64,000 nucleotides of DNA from Proteromonas lacertae (Eukaryota): positions 124,001 to 188,000 of the forward strand of contig NGBS01000300.1 in NCBI GenBank assembly GCA_002245135.1, written 5' to 3'. This document shows, piece by piece, positions 49,580 through 63,100 of the stretch (the stretch's first letter is position 1; every line of letters begins with the position of its first letter). A program made the position numbers and the translations under genes. A model generated the notes under the pieces. The model was not told where the DNA came from. It did not search any database and saw only the letters and a list, made by a program, of their open reading frames with translations.

Positions 49580-49816
49580 TCAACGTAATCTAGGACCCAT
49601 TAATCTCTCAACGGCATACAACAACAATCCTTTCTTGATATCTTTGATAAAATAGTCAATATTAAAGAATTCAATGTTCTGCATCTTTTCAATATCCAAG
49701 AAGTTGATTCTCGCAGCTAAGACAAGCAACACATAATAACCACAGCTATTGTCCTTACCCTGAATCAGCTTTGATTCATGATACTTCACTTTAAGATCAT
49801 ATTCTTCACTACTCAT
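49580..49816 (-). pseudogene. Fragment resembling the C-terminus of a Ulp1/adenain-type (clan CE) cysteine protease
   Basis: IQGKDNSCGYYVL has the Q-x5-CG spacing of clan CE proteases. The upstream frame is interrupted. Confidence 0.35.
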
Positions 49817-50341
49817 TGCAAAAATTGATGAGATTGTATAAAAGATTTTACTTCTTTCTTTAGAATTATTTCTAAACTAACTTTGAACATCATGAATATC
49901 ATATTAGTTTTGATTGAATCATTCTGCAATATAAACTCCCACATACGGGGATTTCTGCCATACGGAAAAGAACAAATGTAATTAATTGGTTATATTTAAA
50001 TATCATCCTAATATAAACCAATTCACTATATAAGTCTACTTAGAAAGTTTTTTTTTCTAATTCTGTAAATACTTGTATATCTTTGAGGGTTTTATATACT
50101 TTTTAATGATTTAATTCTGTGTATGATAATTAGCTCATATAAAAATCATTAAAAATTCAATCAACCAATAAATTTCCCAACACATTACATTTTTCTGTTT
50201 TTCTTTAGCATAATCAAGTTATTGAATAAATAAAACAATTATTGTATATTTATAAAACATACTACCTAAAATTGTGTATATTATTCCCAATTAAACAAAA
50301 CATAATTAAACAATTATATTAATTACATTTATAGTTTATAA

Positions 50342-52121
50342 TTAAAACAAATCACCATCATTTCCCTCTATTGTGTTACTAAATAATCCATTGGATGAAG
50401 TAATCTGCAATTCCTCTTTTCTAACTATCTCTTTATACTTTTTTATGTTACACAGATATTCATCTTCAGTTATATTACTTACTTTACTCACATCCAAACT
50501 TTGAATGAAACCAATAGCAGATTTTAAATTAGCCAATGAATAACCTTCTCTAAATAAATATAAATATAAGATATATATATATACCCACCACTTAAAGCAA
50601 ATGGATTTCTATATTTCTCAATATAAGAGATTGTACTAGTAATATAAGGTAATTGACTGTGTATAATGGTATATAAAAACAAAGGATAAAAATCATCAGC
50701 ACCAACATCTGATTTAGTTTTCTGTATTGATTCTATACACATATTCATTGTATTGGATATTACTTTAGCTTTACATTTTGGTGTAAGATAATGGTTTACT
50801 TTTTTAATGAATTCAATTGCATCACTAATCTGTTCTAAATCTGTTTTCTTTGTATCTATATCAAAATGTTTATATTCTAAAAACTGATGTACTTTCATCT
50901 TTATTAAAAGATCATTATCTTGGTTTCTATCTTCTATTTCTGAACCAAAACACAATCTACCAATTACATTCATAATAATCTCTTCTAATGCTTCAAGAAA
51001 GTGAGGAATTGAGTCACTGTTCCTATCTAAAATAGAAGAAGATATAAAATGTTTAGAAGACAAAAATGATTGGTAGGATGATTCCATAAACTCTCTCAGT
51101 TTTTGTGGATTAAGAGAATTGTCTGTTGGTTGACCTAAACTAATAGGTAATAAGATATCTATAAGTTGTTGTTTGAAATCACAATACCATGATTTATTCC
51201 TTTTATCTAATATTATATTTAAACAATCAATGGTAGGTTGAGCATAATAAAGTGGCACTATTCAAATTATATATATATATATATATTATATACTATTATT
51301 CTGTATATTTTGTAAATATTGAGTTGATCTATCATATATTCCACCATCTACTGTGTTCAAACCATCAATTTTAATATCATCAATCATTCTATCAATAATT
51401 AAATCAATAGAATTTGATAATAATTGTGGTAAAATATCACATTTCTTTGGTAAGGTTGGTAATTGAGGTAAATTATAAAAAGCATCTCTTAATAACCACA
51501 TTGGTAAACCTAATCGTTGATATTCTACAGTAAAACTCTGATAAGTAACCATTACTGGCGGTAATAATTGTAAATCTTTGGAGTGTTTATTTGATATAAT
51601 TTCTACCTCTTTCTTTGCAACATCAAAATATTGTGTTTTCTTTAAATATGTAAAACAGACTTGTAGCTGTTCTTGCAATATATTGATTTTATCGTTTTTT
51701 TCTTTTAATGTTTCTGTCAGTCTTGTAATATGGGTTTTAAGTGATTCTTTTTCTTGTTTAATTTCAGATGCTAATGATAAACCTTCCTAAATTTAACATA
51801 AATCATATAAAACATACATTTTCATCTAGTTCATTTGATTTCCATGCAGATAGTCTCTTTGTTTTGGTGATTAGTATATCTTTGTTGGTTGGAGCAGATA
51901 ATGTATCAACTTTTCTCAACAATTCTTGTATTTCTTGTATTTCTTTTTCTTCCAGTATTTGTGCTTGAGATATCTCTGTCTTAAATTCAGAAATCCTTTC
52001 AGAATAATTTGAATCCCGAGATGAATCTGTGAATTCACTTGATAATGATGAAAGCGATTTATTATCTTCTATTTTTTTCTAATAGGTATAGTAGAACGAT
52101 AAAAAATACTTTGCCTTCCAT
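50342..52121 (-). CDS. VPS9-domain Rab5 guanine nucleotide exchange factor
   Basis: TPKCKAKVI, VGADDFYPLFLYTII and EGYSLANLKSAIGFI, with an N-terminal coiled coil and four GT-AG introns. Confidence 0.88.
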
Positions 52122-52162
52122 TTCTGCTTGAATAACGGCTTGATTTCAGTTTTTTTAAATCA
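52122..52162. promoter_or_regulatory. 41 nt divergent (bidirectional) intergenic region containing TCAAGCC (minus strand, 52137-52143)
   Basis: The start codons of the VPS9 gene (52121, -) and the small Tim gene (52163, +) face away from each other. The motif recurs upstream of other genes. Confidence 0.55.
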
Positions 52163-52460
52163 ATGAATTTAGACAATGTAGTGAAGAGTGATAGGGAAGA
52201 ATACAAAAAAGCGTTGGATCGAATCAACAGAGAAGAAACTATCAGGTATTAATCAATCTATTATTAATTTTTTATTTAGAATGCTTACTTATGGAGCTTA
52301 TTATTGTGCTAGAAAGTGTATGAAGAAGTTTGATAGTAATGAATTGTCTGATTATGAAAAATCATGCGGTGAGAATTGCTTTGATAAATACCTTGCTACA
52401 GTAAAGAGAACTTCAAGAAAATTTTCCTTATTATTAGATGAAGATAAAAAATCAGAATAG
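52163..52460 (+). CDS. Small Tim chaperone (Tim9/Tim10 family)
   Basis: Twin CX3C motif (CARKC...EKSCGENCFDKY) and one GT-AG intron. Confidence 0.88.
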
Positions 52461-52588
52461 TCTATAATTAACATTATATGTGAGTATTATTTATAATTTT
52501 GTGTATTCTTCATAACTTACTGATAACTATATAAATATAAATGTATGAAAAGATTTAAAAAAACATACTCTATCTGATTTATTCCTAT

Positions 52589-53297
52589 TTATAATTTCGT
52601 ATATTCATCGTAAGTAACAGTAAGCTATAGAAAAATATACATTATATTAAATATTAATAAATATACTCTAGCTGATTGATATTTCTCTGTTTCAATAGAA
52701 TCTAACAAATCTCTATAAGATTATATTTGAATTATCCAATTATACTTTGTTATATCTCTGTTATATCCAGCTTTACGAATTAATGCTTTTACAGTCTGTT
52801 CTTTAGTCCATTTTTGTTCTTCTGCTACTTCTGGTAAGAATGTAGCACTATAATGTCTTCCTTCTTTAAAATTAATAGAAATTCCATGGGTTCCTATTTC
52901 CCAATCATACACATTCGCTGCTTTTTCATATGTATGAAGTATAGAAACTGTACATTGCAACTTAGGAACTTCTGATTCAGAAATTCCACTAAATCTTGGA
53001 TCTTCAAATGCACTAATCTATATTTCGTATATAATATACGCTAGTTTTGCATATCGTTCCATCTGACCAAGTTTTAAAGATGATAAACAACCAATACATC
53101 CTCTTAAATCATAACCTAACATCTTTTTAATTTCCCAAGTTACAAACATTCCTCCACTGATATTAAATAATAAAAATATTGGTATACCATTCAAGATTTG
53201 GATCAAATGGAGGTGTTGGAGGATTAATTCTCTTTAATTTGTTGATAATCACATCAAAACAGTATTTGCACATCTGAGGAGTAACTTTACTCGCCAT
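52589..53297 (-). CDS. AMMECR1-family protein
   Basis: MFVTW, DLRGCIG, DPRFSGI, ATFLPEVAEEQKW and LIRKAGY. Four GT-AG introns. Confidence 0.92.
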
Positions 53298-53408
53298 TAT
53301 GAAAAGATATTTGAAAAAATAGAAAAGTGGTAAAATAGTAAAGTATTTTACATAATTTTGGTAATTCAAAAAAATGAATGATTAGAAACAACGACAAAAA
53401 TAAACAAA

Positions 53409-55260
53409 TTAATAACCAAATGCACTTCTACCACAGCAACCAAATGCAGCACCTTCTGGTCTATCACCAGCTCCACCTCTCAATATTGGTAAATCTTTCA
53501 ACATTCTATAAGTGTGAATACCTCCTGACAGTAAATATGTATCATATCCTTTGTTCTTCAACAACATACACACATTATAAGCTCTAGCTCCTTCTCTACA
53601 CAACACATATATCTTCTCATTCTTAGGAATTTCATTTATTCTACTAAGAATATCACATTGTGGAATAACATGAGCATTGGGTATAAATCCTTCCATCTTT
53701 TCACCTGGATTTCTAACATCTAAAACATAATTCTCTTCAACTTTAGACTATAACAAAATAAAAATAAACATATTAATATATATACCCAATCAGCTAGTTT
53801 AACATCACCATTAATAACATTCGTAGCAATCATTCCTAACACATTCACTACATCTTTAGCACCACCATATTGAGGAGCATAGCACAACTCACTCTCCATT
53901 AAATCTTCCACTGTTCCTTTCATCTGCATTGTTGTTGATATTACATCTATTCTTCTTTCTATTCCTTCATCACCAATTCCACTACAACCCAATATCTTAC
54001 CATCATTTTGGAATAATAATTTCATATGACAAGGTTTACAGCCTGGATAGATATTCAACATGTTGTCCATTATGAATGTATATACAATTATATGGAATAT
54101 TCATCTTCTTACACATCTTTTCAGTTAATCCAGTATTAGCTACTGTCTTTTCAAATAAACCACAAACAGACGTTCCTTGTACTCCTCTAAATGGTCGATT
54201 TCTTCCCATTATATTATCAGCAATTACTCTAGCTTGTCTGTTAGCAGGTCCAGCTAATGGCAATATTGTATTTTTACCTGTAATTACATTCTTAACTTCA
54301 ACAGCATCACCACATGCATATATATTTGGATCAGATGTTCTCATAAATTCATCGACTTTAATTCCTTTATTTTCACCGATTTCTAAACCAGCTTCTACGG
54401 CTAATTGTATTCTAGGTTTTACACCTAATGCTAATATCACCAAATCACTTTTTATCTCTTTTCCACTCTTTGTTATAACGGATAAATTCTCTTTTGCAGT
54501 TGGATCATTTTTGTTATTTTGAACAATTTTAGATAAGCCATCACCTAATACTAAATTAACACCATTACTTCTTAAGGAATGCTGTAAGATTGAAGCCATT
54601 TCTATATCTATATTTGGCATAACTTGATCTAGCATTTCTACAATTGTTACATCTAAACCTCTTTTCTTTAAATTTTCTGCAACTTCTAAACCGATAAATC
54701 CACCACCAACTATTGTTGCTTTTTTGATATAATTGTTCCAAATCCATCCTCTTATCATTCTAGCATCTGGAATTGAACCACAACCAAATACTCCTGGTAG
54801 ATTGATTCCTTCAACTGGTGGTCTTACTGGTTCAGCTCCTGGTGATAATACTAATGCATCATACTTAGCTTTTTCAGTTGTGCCTTTTTTTAAGTCTTTA
54901 TATTCGATTTCTTTTTCTTTTCTGAAGATCTTTGTTACTTCACAACAAGATTTTATACCGATTTGGAATTTATGATCAAATGTTGTTGGATTAACTACTA
55001 ATAACTTCTTTTCATCTATTAAATTGTGAATTACAATGAATACTATTAATAACATTACCAATATAATAGGGTAAACCACAATTGGCAAATGCTACATAAG
55101 GCCCTTTTTCAAATATCGTTATTTCAGCATCTAGAAAAAATAACTGTGTATTATGAATACCACTGTTTAATCTTCTCAATCTAGCTGCTGTAGAGGCTCC
55201 ACCAGCGACTCCACCAACAACTAACACTCTCTTTGGTATATTTGATAAGTTCTTTAACAT
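53409..55260 (-). CDS. CoA-disulfide/persulfide reductase with C-terminal rhodanese domain (CoADR-RHD/Npsr-like)
   Basis: VVGGVAGGAS, AFANCGLPY (redox Cys), GGGFIGLE, IYACGD, YAPQY and rhodanese CREGARAY. Three short introns and one extra base near 54050. Confidence 0.9.
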
Positions 55261-55488
55261 ATGTTAGATTCTTTGGTTTTCGGGTCAAAAGAATTTTTGA
55301 AATTTCTAATTGTTTTTTCTTCTTTTATTCATATTAGACTTAGAAATCATTCATTTTTATAGAAGAGCATAGAGTTATTTTAGTGATATCGAAGGAATCA
55401 GTTGAGAAATATTACCGTTTTAAGAAACAGAAATAGTCAAGCCCAACTTGAATTATTCAAAAATAATCGTTTTAATAATTTAATTTGA

Positions 55489-56979
55489 ATGCAGAGTATT
55501 ATCTAAATTGTTTTTTATCATAGAATATCGTTTAATTAAAAAGAAAGGTGAAGGTACCTTTTCAGAAGTTATTAAAGCACAAGTATGATGTTTATTTCTA
55601 TTTGTAGTGTATAAAGAATGGAAAATACTGTGCCATTAAGTGCATGAAGAATGTATTTAAGTCTGTCGAACAAGTTAATAATTTGAGGGAAATACAAGCT
55701 TTAAGAAGATTATCACCTCATCCAAATATAATTTCACTCTACGATGTGCTTTAGTATATATAACATATGATTATATATGTTATTTTATAGCGACCAACCA
55801 ACAGGAAAGCTTGCGTTAGGTGTTTGAATTGATGGAGCATAATCTATACGAATGTATCAGAGGAAAAAAACACCATTTTCCTGAAGAAACAATAAAATTG
55901 TGGATGTATCAAGCAATGAAGGCGTTAGAGCATATGCATAGAAATGGCATATTCCATAGAGATATAAAACCTGAAAATATTCTTATAAAAGATGGAATGG
56001 TGAAATTAGCTGATTTTGGCTCATGCAGAGGAATATTTAGCAAAAAGGTATATTACTATAGAAATTATATTGTTTATATAGCCATATACTGAATATATTT
56101 CTACCAGATGGTACAGAGCACCAGAATGTTTATTAACTGATGGTTATTATAATGAAGAAATGGATATATGGGGAATGGGATGTGTAATATTTGAATTATT
56201 AACATTTGAGCCGTTATTTCCTGGTGCAAATGAAATGGACCAAATAAAACGAATACATTCAGTTTTAGGAACACCACCAACGGCTATATTAGATAAATTC
56301 AAACCTTATTCACACAATGTCAATTTCAACTTCCCTCAACAGAAAGGATGTGGTATAAGAAAGTATTTATCAAGAGTTAGTGAAGAAGCGATTGATTTAA
56401 TAGAAAGAATGTTAACCTATGATCCAGATCAGAGAATAACTGCAAAACAAGTGTTACAACATCCATGGTTTGGTTATTTATATGAGCAAGATATCAGACA
56501 GCAGAATAAGAATGAATATGAGTTGAAAAGATCATCTGAAATTGTAGCATCATCATCAACATCATCATGTACATCATCTCCAAGTCATCATCATAACCAT
56601 AATCATAACACTCATCATCCTAGTAAATGTAATAGTCCAACTAAATTACCAACTATTAGAAATTCAAATCCAACCATTTCAATAGGAGCAAAATCCACTG
56701 TTACTTCATTACCTTCTATTAATTTATCTATGAATAAAACTAATAATACTTCTAGTATGCCATCCATATCTTCTTCAGTTTTCCCTACTATTGCTTCAGT
56801 TGTATAATATCTTATATATATATATATATCTTGTATAGAAACTACAAGCTGCGAATGATTTAAAGTATGATTTAAAGCCAATAACAAAAGAACCTCAGCA
56901 TATGAAAAAGTATTTAAAACCTAAATATTTAAGTCCATATTCACAAAAATTCCTTCAACAACAGAGAATCAAACAATAA
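55489..56979 (+). CDS. MOK: MOK/RAGE (LF4-like) MAP-related kinase
   Basis: [35 protein letters not shown] and [23 protein letters not shown]. Confidence 0.88.
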
Positions 56980-57136
56980 ACAATCTACTTTTTTCTTCAT
57001 GTTTATCTTCTTGTCGTTTAGTTGTAGGCAATTTATTAAATAAGTATTTCATTTAATATTATATATTTCTATTTGCATTTTTATTTACAATTACGGTGAT
57101 TTTGAAATTTTTAAAAATTGATTCGTTACAGATTTT

Positions 57137-60100
57137 ATGTTATTTGTTTTGTGTATTTTTTTCATCATTTGCGCAGGAGATAGCGCAATTGAAGGGTTTG
57201 GATTTAATGCCCTAACTGTTATTAAGGATGTTGAAATACATACAACCAAACCACGTTTTAATAGTGACGTTATTGTGTTAAACTGTAACTCAACCAGCAT
57301 ATTCCCTACAGGATTAATTTTTAATACTAATAAATGTTCAATTGAAGGTGTACCGAAGGAAATCGTATTAAATCAAGAGGTTACAATTACATTTATAACC
57401 ACTGAGAAAATCTTTAACGAGACTATCAGTATTACAGTAATGAAAGAACAGCTTCAGCCAAAAATCTTGTATAAGACATATCATGCAAATCAAGAGTGTG
57501 GAAATAATATATTCAAAGATATGAGTATTGATTCATATCCAGATGCAGTTATAAAAACTGGATATGTAGATGAGTTATTCTTCGAGAAAGATTCTCCAGA
57601 ATGGTCAGATTTTGGTGTAGATACAGTGATTCAATTCTCAGGCTATATTCATTTAATAAGACCAGGTAAATACATATTCTATATAGACACAAATAATGAA
57701 TATAAGTTCATTTTAGACAATGTAAACGAAATTGAATCAACCAAATGTGAAAATTCCTATTATAACGTTAGTGTTAATGTAACTAGTAGTGCCTATGTTC
57801 CATTTGTTTTCTTTTATCATTACACATCTTCTTCTTTGCTGCCTAATTATTTGAAGGTAATATTTTCCAGTAACATTTATCCAAGAATGATCCCAACAGA
57901 TAGATTCTTTAATATTCCACAGTTTCCAAGATATTTATATTATCCAACTTTAAAGTTGAATTTGCTATTAAATAGACCAGTGAAATATGAACCGTATATA
58001 GAAAATACCATACCACCAGCAGAATATTCAATTGATAATCTATTACCAGAAGGATTATCATTATCTTTAGAAAGTGGAATAATATCGGGAACTCCAACTT
58101 CAAATAGTGATGTAAAACAATATACAATCAAAGCTACGAATAGATATGGTTCTACTAGTTATAGTTTTACATTACAAATAATGGATAATTTACCAAGTGG
58201 TTTATTGACAAAGTATTATGAAATACCAAGTTTAGAATGTGGAAATATCCCAAACATTGAAGATATTACCATTAATCCATCGATTATATTAGTTGAAGAT
58301 AATATTGACCATATTAATAATGATAATTTATATGAAAGATGGAATAATATTGCTTTATATGATAATTATTTGACTGTTTGGGAAGGTAGATTGACGTTTA
58401 CTACAGAAGGGAAATGGTTGATATTAATCAAAGCAGATGATGAAGCAGATGTATATATAAATAATGAATTAATTATCAGTAAAAGAGGGTGTGGCTCTTA
58501 TAACGAAGAATATTTATCATATGAATTGAATGTTGATAAATTGATGCTAGTTGTAGATATTAAAGTAGTATATATGCAATTAAATGGAGCACATGGTATT
58601 CAATTGTATTGGAGAAATAATGATTATGTTTTGACTGTTATTCCACCTTCTGCATTCTTATATTATCCTACTTATTCATTTGATTATCAATTTGAAAAAA
58701 TGATTTATAGATTTAATGAAACTATTCCAGATAATGTTCCTGTATTATTTGGTATAAAGAAAATATTTGAATTTCGCATTTCTCCTGATTTACCAAGAGG
58801 TCTAGAGATTGATAAAAAGAGTGGAGTTATAAGTGGTAAAACTACTGAAATTATTGATGCAAGACATTATACAATTGAGTGTGTTACTTCAACAATTACT
58901 ATATCTACTTCCATTATTATAACTATATTAGAAAATGAATTATCCTATTTCGCATTCCAAAATGATGAAGATGCAGTTATTACTGAATACAATACAACAG
59001 TTGGATTAGTAATACATCCAATAACAATAATTAAATACAATTCCATCAATTATTTTGACAGTCCAAATCTATTAACAGGATTATCTATTAATTCAATTAC
59101 TGGTACAATCAATGGAACAATTTTAGATTTAAAATATAATGAATATGACTTAACAGTATGTGCTCACAGTATAACTGGTGATAATTGTATGGAATTGCAT
59201 TTAAATATTGAAACATGTTCAAAGAATGGTTTTGTTTTCAGATTGAATAAGAATGAATTAGTTCCTAACAATACAATGTTATTAATCATTACTGGACCAG
59301 ATGGTTCAGAATTATTCCGTAAGAGTGAAGTTAATACTATTTATGATAATAATTACTTAATCTGTACAACAGCAAATGGTTTACACACTTTAGATATATC
59401 TAATCCAAAGAAAGGTAATTATGAATATAGTTTTGAATATTTGTCTGGTGAAATAATAGACAGTGGTGAAATTGAGGAAATATCCAACACTATATCATTT
59501 ACTATAGGTAAATCAGTATTATCTATTAGCTATTCAAAAGGTGAGATTGTATCTATGATTTATGAGTTTATTACAACAGAACCTGTAATATATGGACATT
59601 ATACTTCTATATCTATTGATAAAAGCTTGCCATTTGGTTTGACATTCCATTCAAATGGAACAATAAGTGGTATTCCTACTGTTGGTCAGCCTAGATTAGC
59701 TTATATTATCTCTATTTGTAACCAGTTAACTTGCGCTGTTACAAGAGTAACATTTACTATAAAAGGATGTGATAAAAGTACTGATAGTTTCTATTTCACT
59801 TATAATCAAATATCTGGACCAAAAGAGACTATTAAACTAGAACAATTAAGTAATAATGCTGTTTTATTCAATATATTAGATTCTACTAATTCATTTACTA
59901 AATCATTTTGTGCTGTAAGAGGTAATTATCAATTATCATTTTATACAACATCTATTTCAACTCCATCCTTATTTGCTATAAAAGATGATAAAGGTAATAT
60001 ACTGATGAATTATAAACATGAAAAAAGAAGTAATTCTCAATTACAATTCAGTACAATGTTTTTAATTGAAGCTAATTCTCATTGGAATTATATGTATATA

Positions 60101-63100
60101 TCAAATGATAATAGTAATGATGAGAATCTTCTTAGGAATTGGATGATTCAAGATTATGATGATTATTCATGGAATATTGGTAGAAGTACTGTTTATCCAG
60201 AAATATCAGCGAATGAAAAGAGTCAATATTATAGAAGAACCTTTGATAATAATAATAATAATCAAAATGGATTAGTGAGTATTGGTATTAAAATGAATTC
60301 CTGTTTTGTCGCATATATAAATGGATATAAAATACATAAATTGAATATTGATGATAGTGATTTGGAATTATGATACAGAATGTGATACAGATTCATATAA
60401 TTCAAATACTGATTATATAATCTTCTCAATTCCTTCATCGTATTTAATGAAAGGTAAAAATACAATAGCAGTTGAAATTCATCAATCACCAAATCCAATA
60501 AATTCTGTCAATATATTTGATTTACATATGTCTTTATTAATAGGAGATAATATATTAAGATCAAGCATTTTTACAATTGATTCATCAGTTGCTCAATCAA
60601 ATGATAAAGATGATCCTTCTATTTTAATTAATGATGAATTTAGCAGTGTTTATTATACAACAGAAGCAGAACCAAAGTTTTGTCTGTATAGACCAGATAA
60701 ACAGTATGAGACAATTAATCAATATGTCATTTATACAGGAACTGGATATCCAGATTCAGTACCAACAGCATGGAAGTTGTATGGTACAAATAAAGATACA
60801 GCCGATTGTGTAATAACATGGAATGAAGATGATTGGATATTATTAGATGAAAAGAATAGTGAGACATTAGCTGAATCAAAGGAATATAAATATGAAATTA
60901 GTAATATTAAACCATATTTAAAATATGCATTTGTATTTACAACTACAAGTGGAAGTGTGGATGGTGTTAGTCTTTCTTATATTCAATTATATACAAAATA
61001 TAGAGATATTAGTGATGAATATTGTATTGAAAATGGATGGGGTCTATGTCATAGAAATGAATATTGTCAAGGTAAATGTCCTGTTAGTTATGATGGTTAT
61101 ACATTAAGAAAATGTGAAGTTGATTTAACATCTGTATCTTTAACAGGAAGTGATTTAACAAAGTGTATTCCACCTGGTCCAATTACCTTCAAATACAGTA
61201 AAAGTGAATATACATTTGCCATTGATGATGAAATTGAACCAATTATACCTGAATATAATGTAATTGAGAAAGGAATATTCACAATAACACCTGATATTAC
61301 TCAAATTGGATTAGCATTTGATGAAAATACTGGAAGAATAACAGGAAAATCAAATACTCCATCAATTGATACATATACAATCATTTATAGTAATGTAGGT
61401 GGTAGTTTAGTGAATTATATCACTATTATTATTGATGAAACTACTAAGTGTAATCCTCCAAGTAATGATTTATCTTGGGGTTATGCTAAACCTAATACTT
61501 ATGCTTTTATTCCATGTTCTGAAGGTTATTCTGGTAATTTGACAAGGTATTGTGATGATTCTAATCCTCCTAAATATGGAGAGATTGTTTCTAATTGTAT
61601 TACAGATAAACCACAATCATTCTCCTATATTAAATCAAGTTTTGTATTATTTAAAGGAGTTTATACAGATTCTATTGTTCCGCAGTATGTAGGAGCAAAT
61701 ATAAAGTTTGAAAAAGTTACTGCATTACCTCAAGGTTTGTCAATTAATGAAAAAACTGGAATTATATCAGGAACACCAAAAGATTTATCTACTTCTAAGA
61801 CATATAGAATAAAAATGTCTAACTGATGGTGGATTTTTAGAAACAGATATTAGTATAGAAATTAAAGATAAACCAAAGTTTAAATATGAGAAGAAAGATT
61901 TCTTCCTTAAAATAAATACAGCTGGAACATATACAGTAACAAAAGAAAGTCAATTTGATTCAACATTCGATATTAGTGATGATTTGCCTCATGGAATTGA
62001 ATTTGATAAAGCAAATGGACAATTTACTATTTCTGCTCAATCAAAATCATTGTATTTCGGTACAACTGTTTCATCAAGTGTATATGGATATACAGCAACC
62101 TTTTATATAGCATTTCATAGTATAATTTATAATAATTTATTAATATTTATTATAAAATAGTTGTTGATACTTTAGATGAAAATGATTATGATGTAGATGA
62201 GATTGTTTTTGTAGCTAATTCACAGTATAATTTAGATTATCCATTGAAATATCCATTCTATGTAAGTGAATGTCAAGTTACTCCATCATTACCATATGGA
62301 TTTACATTAAGTGATGAATGTACAATAGGTGGAAATCCAAGTGTAATACAAGGAACAACAGTATATACAGTTATTATGAATAATCCATTTGAAATAAAGA
62401 CAGTCAAAATCAAATTAAGTGTAGTAGAAGATATAAAGAATTATAAATGTATTTTTTTATTGTAGTTTATATATATCTATAGCAAAAGTTGGAACATTCA
62501 GATATAGAGTATTTAACAATCCCAATTTAGGATGTAATTTTGCAATTAAAGATTATAATCATGGTCCATTTAGTTCTCAACAATTTCCATCAGTAATTAA
62601 CCATGCAAAATCATTAGGTGGAGCTGCAAGCAATTATTATGAGTATATTGAATTTCTACTAACAGTTGATACTTCTTATGATTTATGGTCATTTTATATA
62701 GAAGGTGATAATAGTGTTGGAATAAAAATAGATGAAGATGATTTCAAAACAGAGAGTGTATGTCAAGAAGAAGTAGAATTGGAAGTTCAAAAAAGACTGT
62801 TCAAAGGAACTCATCATATTTATGTACATCATTATCGTAATTCTTATTCTGGAACTAAGTTATTATCTTTATATTATTCAAATAGTAAAACAAAGAAGAC
62901 TTTATTAAAAGGTGATTTCATCTATCCACAGATTACAGCATATGATATTAAATATACTAAAGATTCATTCTCATCTTATGTAGAAACAAAATTCAATTTC
63001 AATTCATTGAATTACTTTGTAGATCCAACGTATACTATTTCACCAGTCTTACCAGATGGTATAACGATGTCAAGTAGTACAGGAACAATGACAGGTGTTC

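Noticed and set aside
601..56979. Blastocystis-style stop codons created by polyadenylation
   Set aside because: Every gene whose 3' end I could trace has a genome-encoded stop codon, so there is no evidence for this here.
167..61282. Many short antisense or overlapping ORFs in the track (e.g. 5627-5848, 8543-8908, 13517-13774, 41765-42232, 54076-54522)
   Set aside because: They are shadow ORFs opposite or within real genes, caused by codon bias, with no motifs.
3090..61830. About ten single-base frameshifts inside otherwise intact genes (~3100, 15320, 26720, 32912, 37773, 39155, 54050, 55819, 60360, 61824), considered as programmed frameshifting or RNA editing
   Set aside because: They share no motif, mix insertions and deletions, and several lie in homopolymers. 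This fits uncorrected long-read errors best. Short-read polishing or cDNA comparison would settle it.
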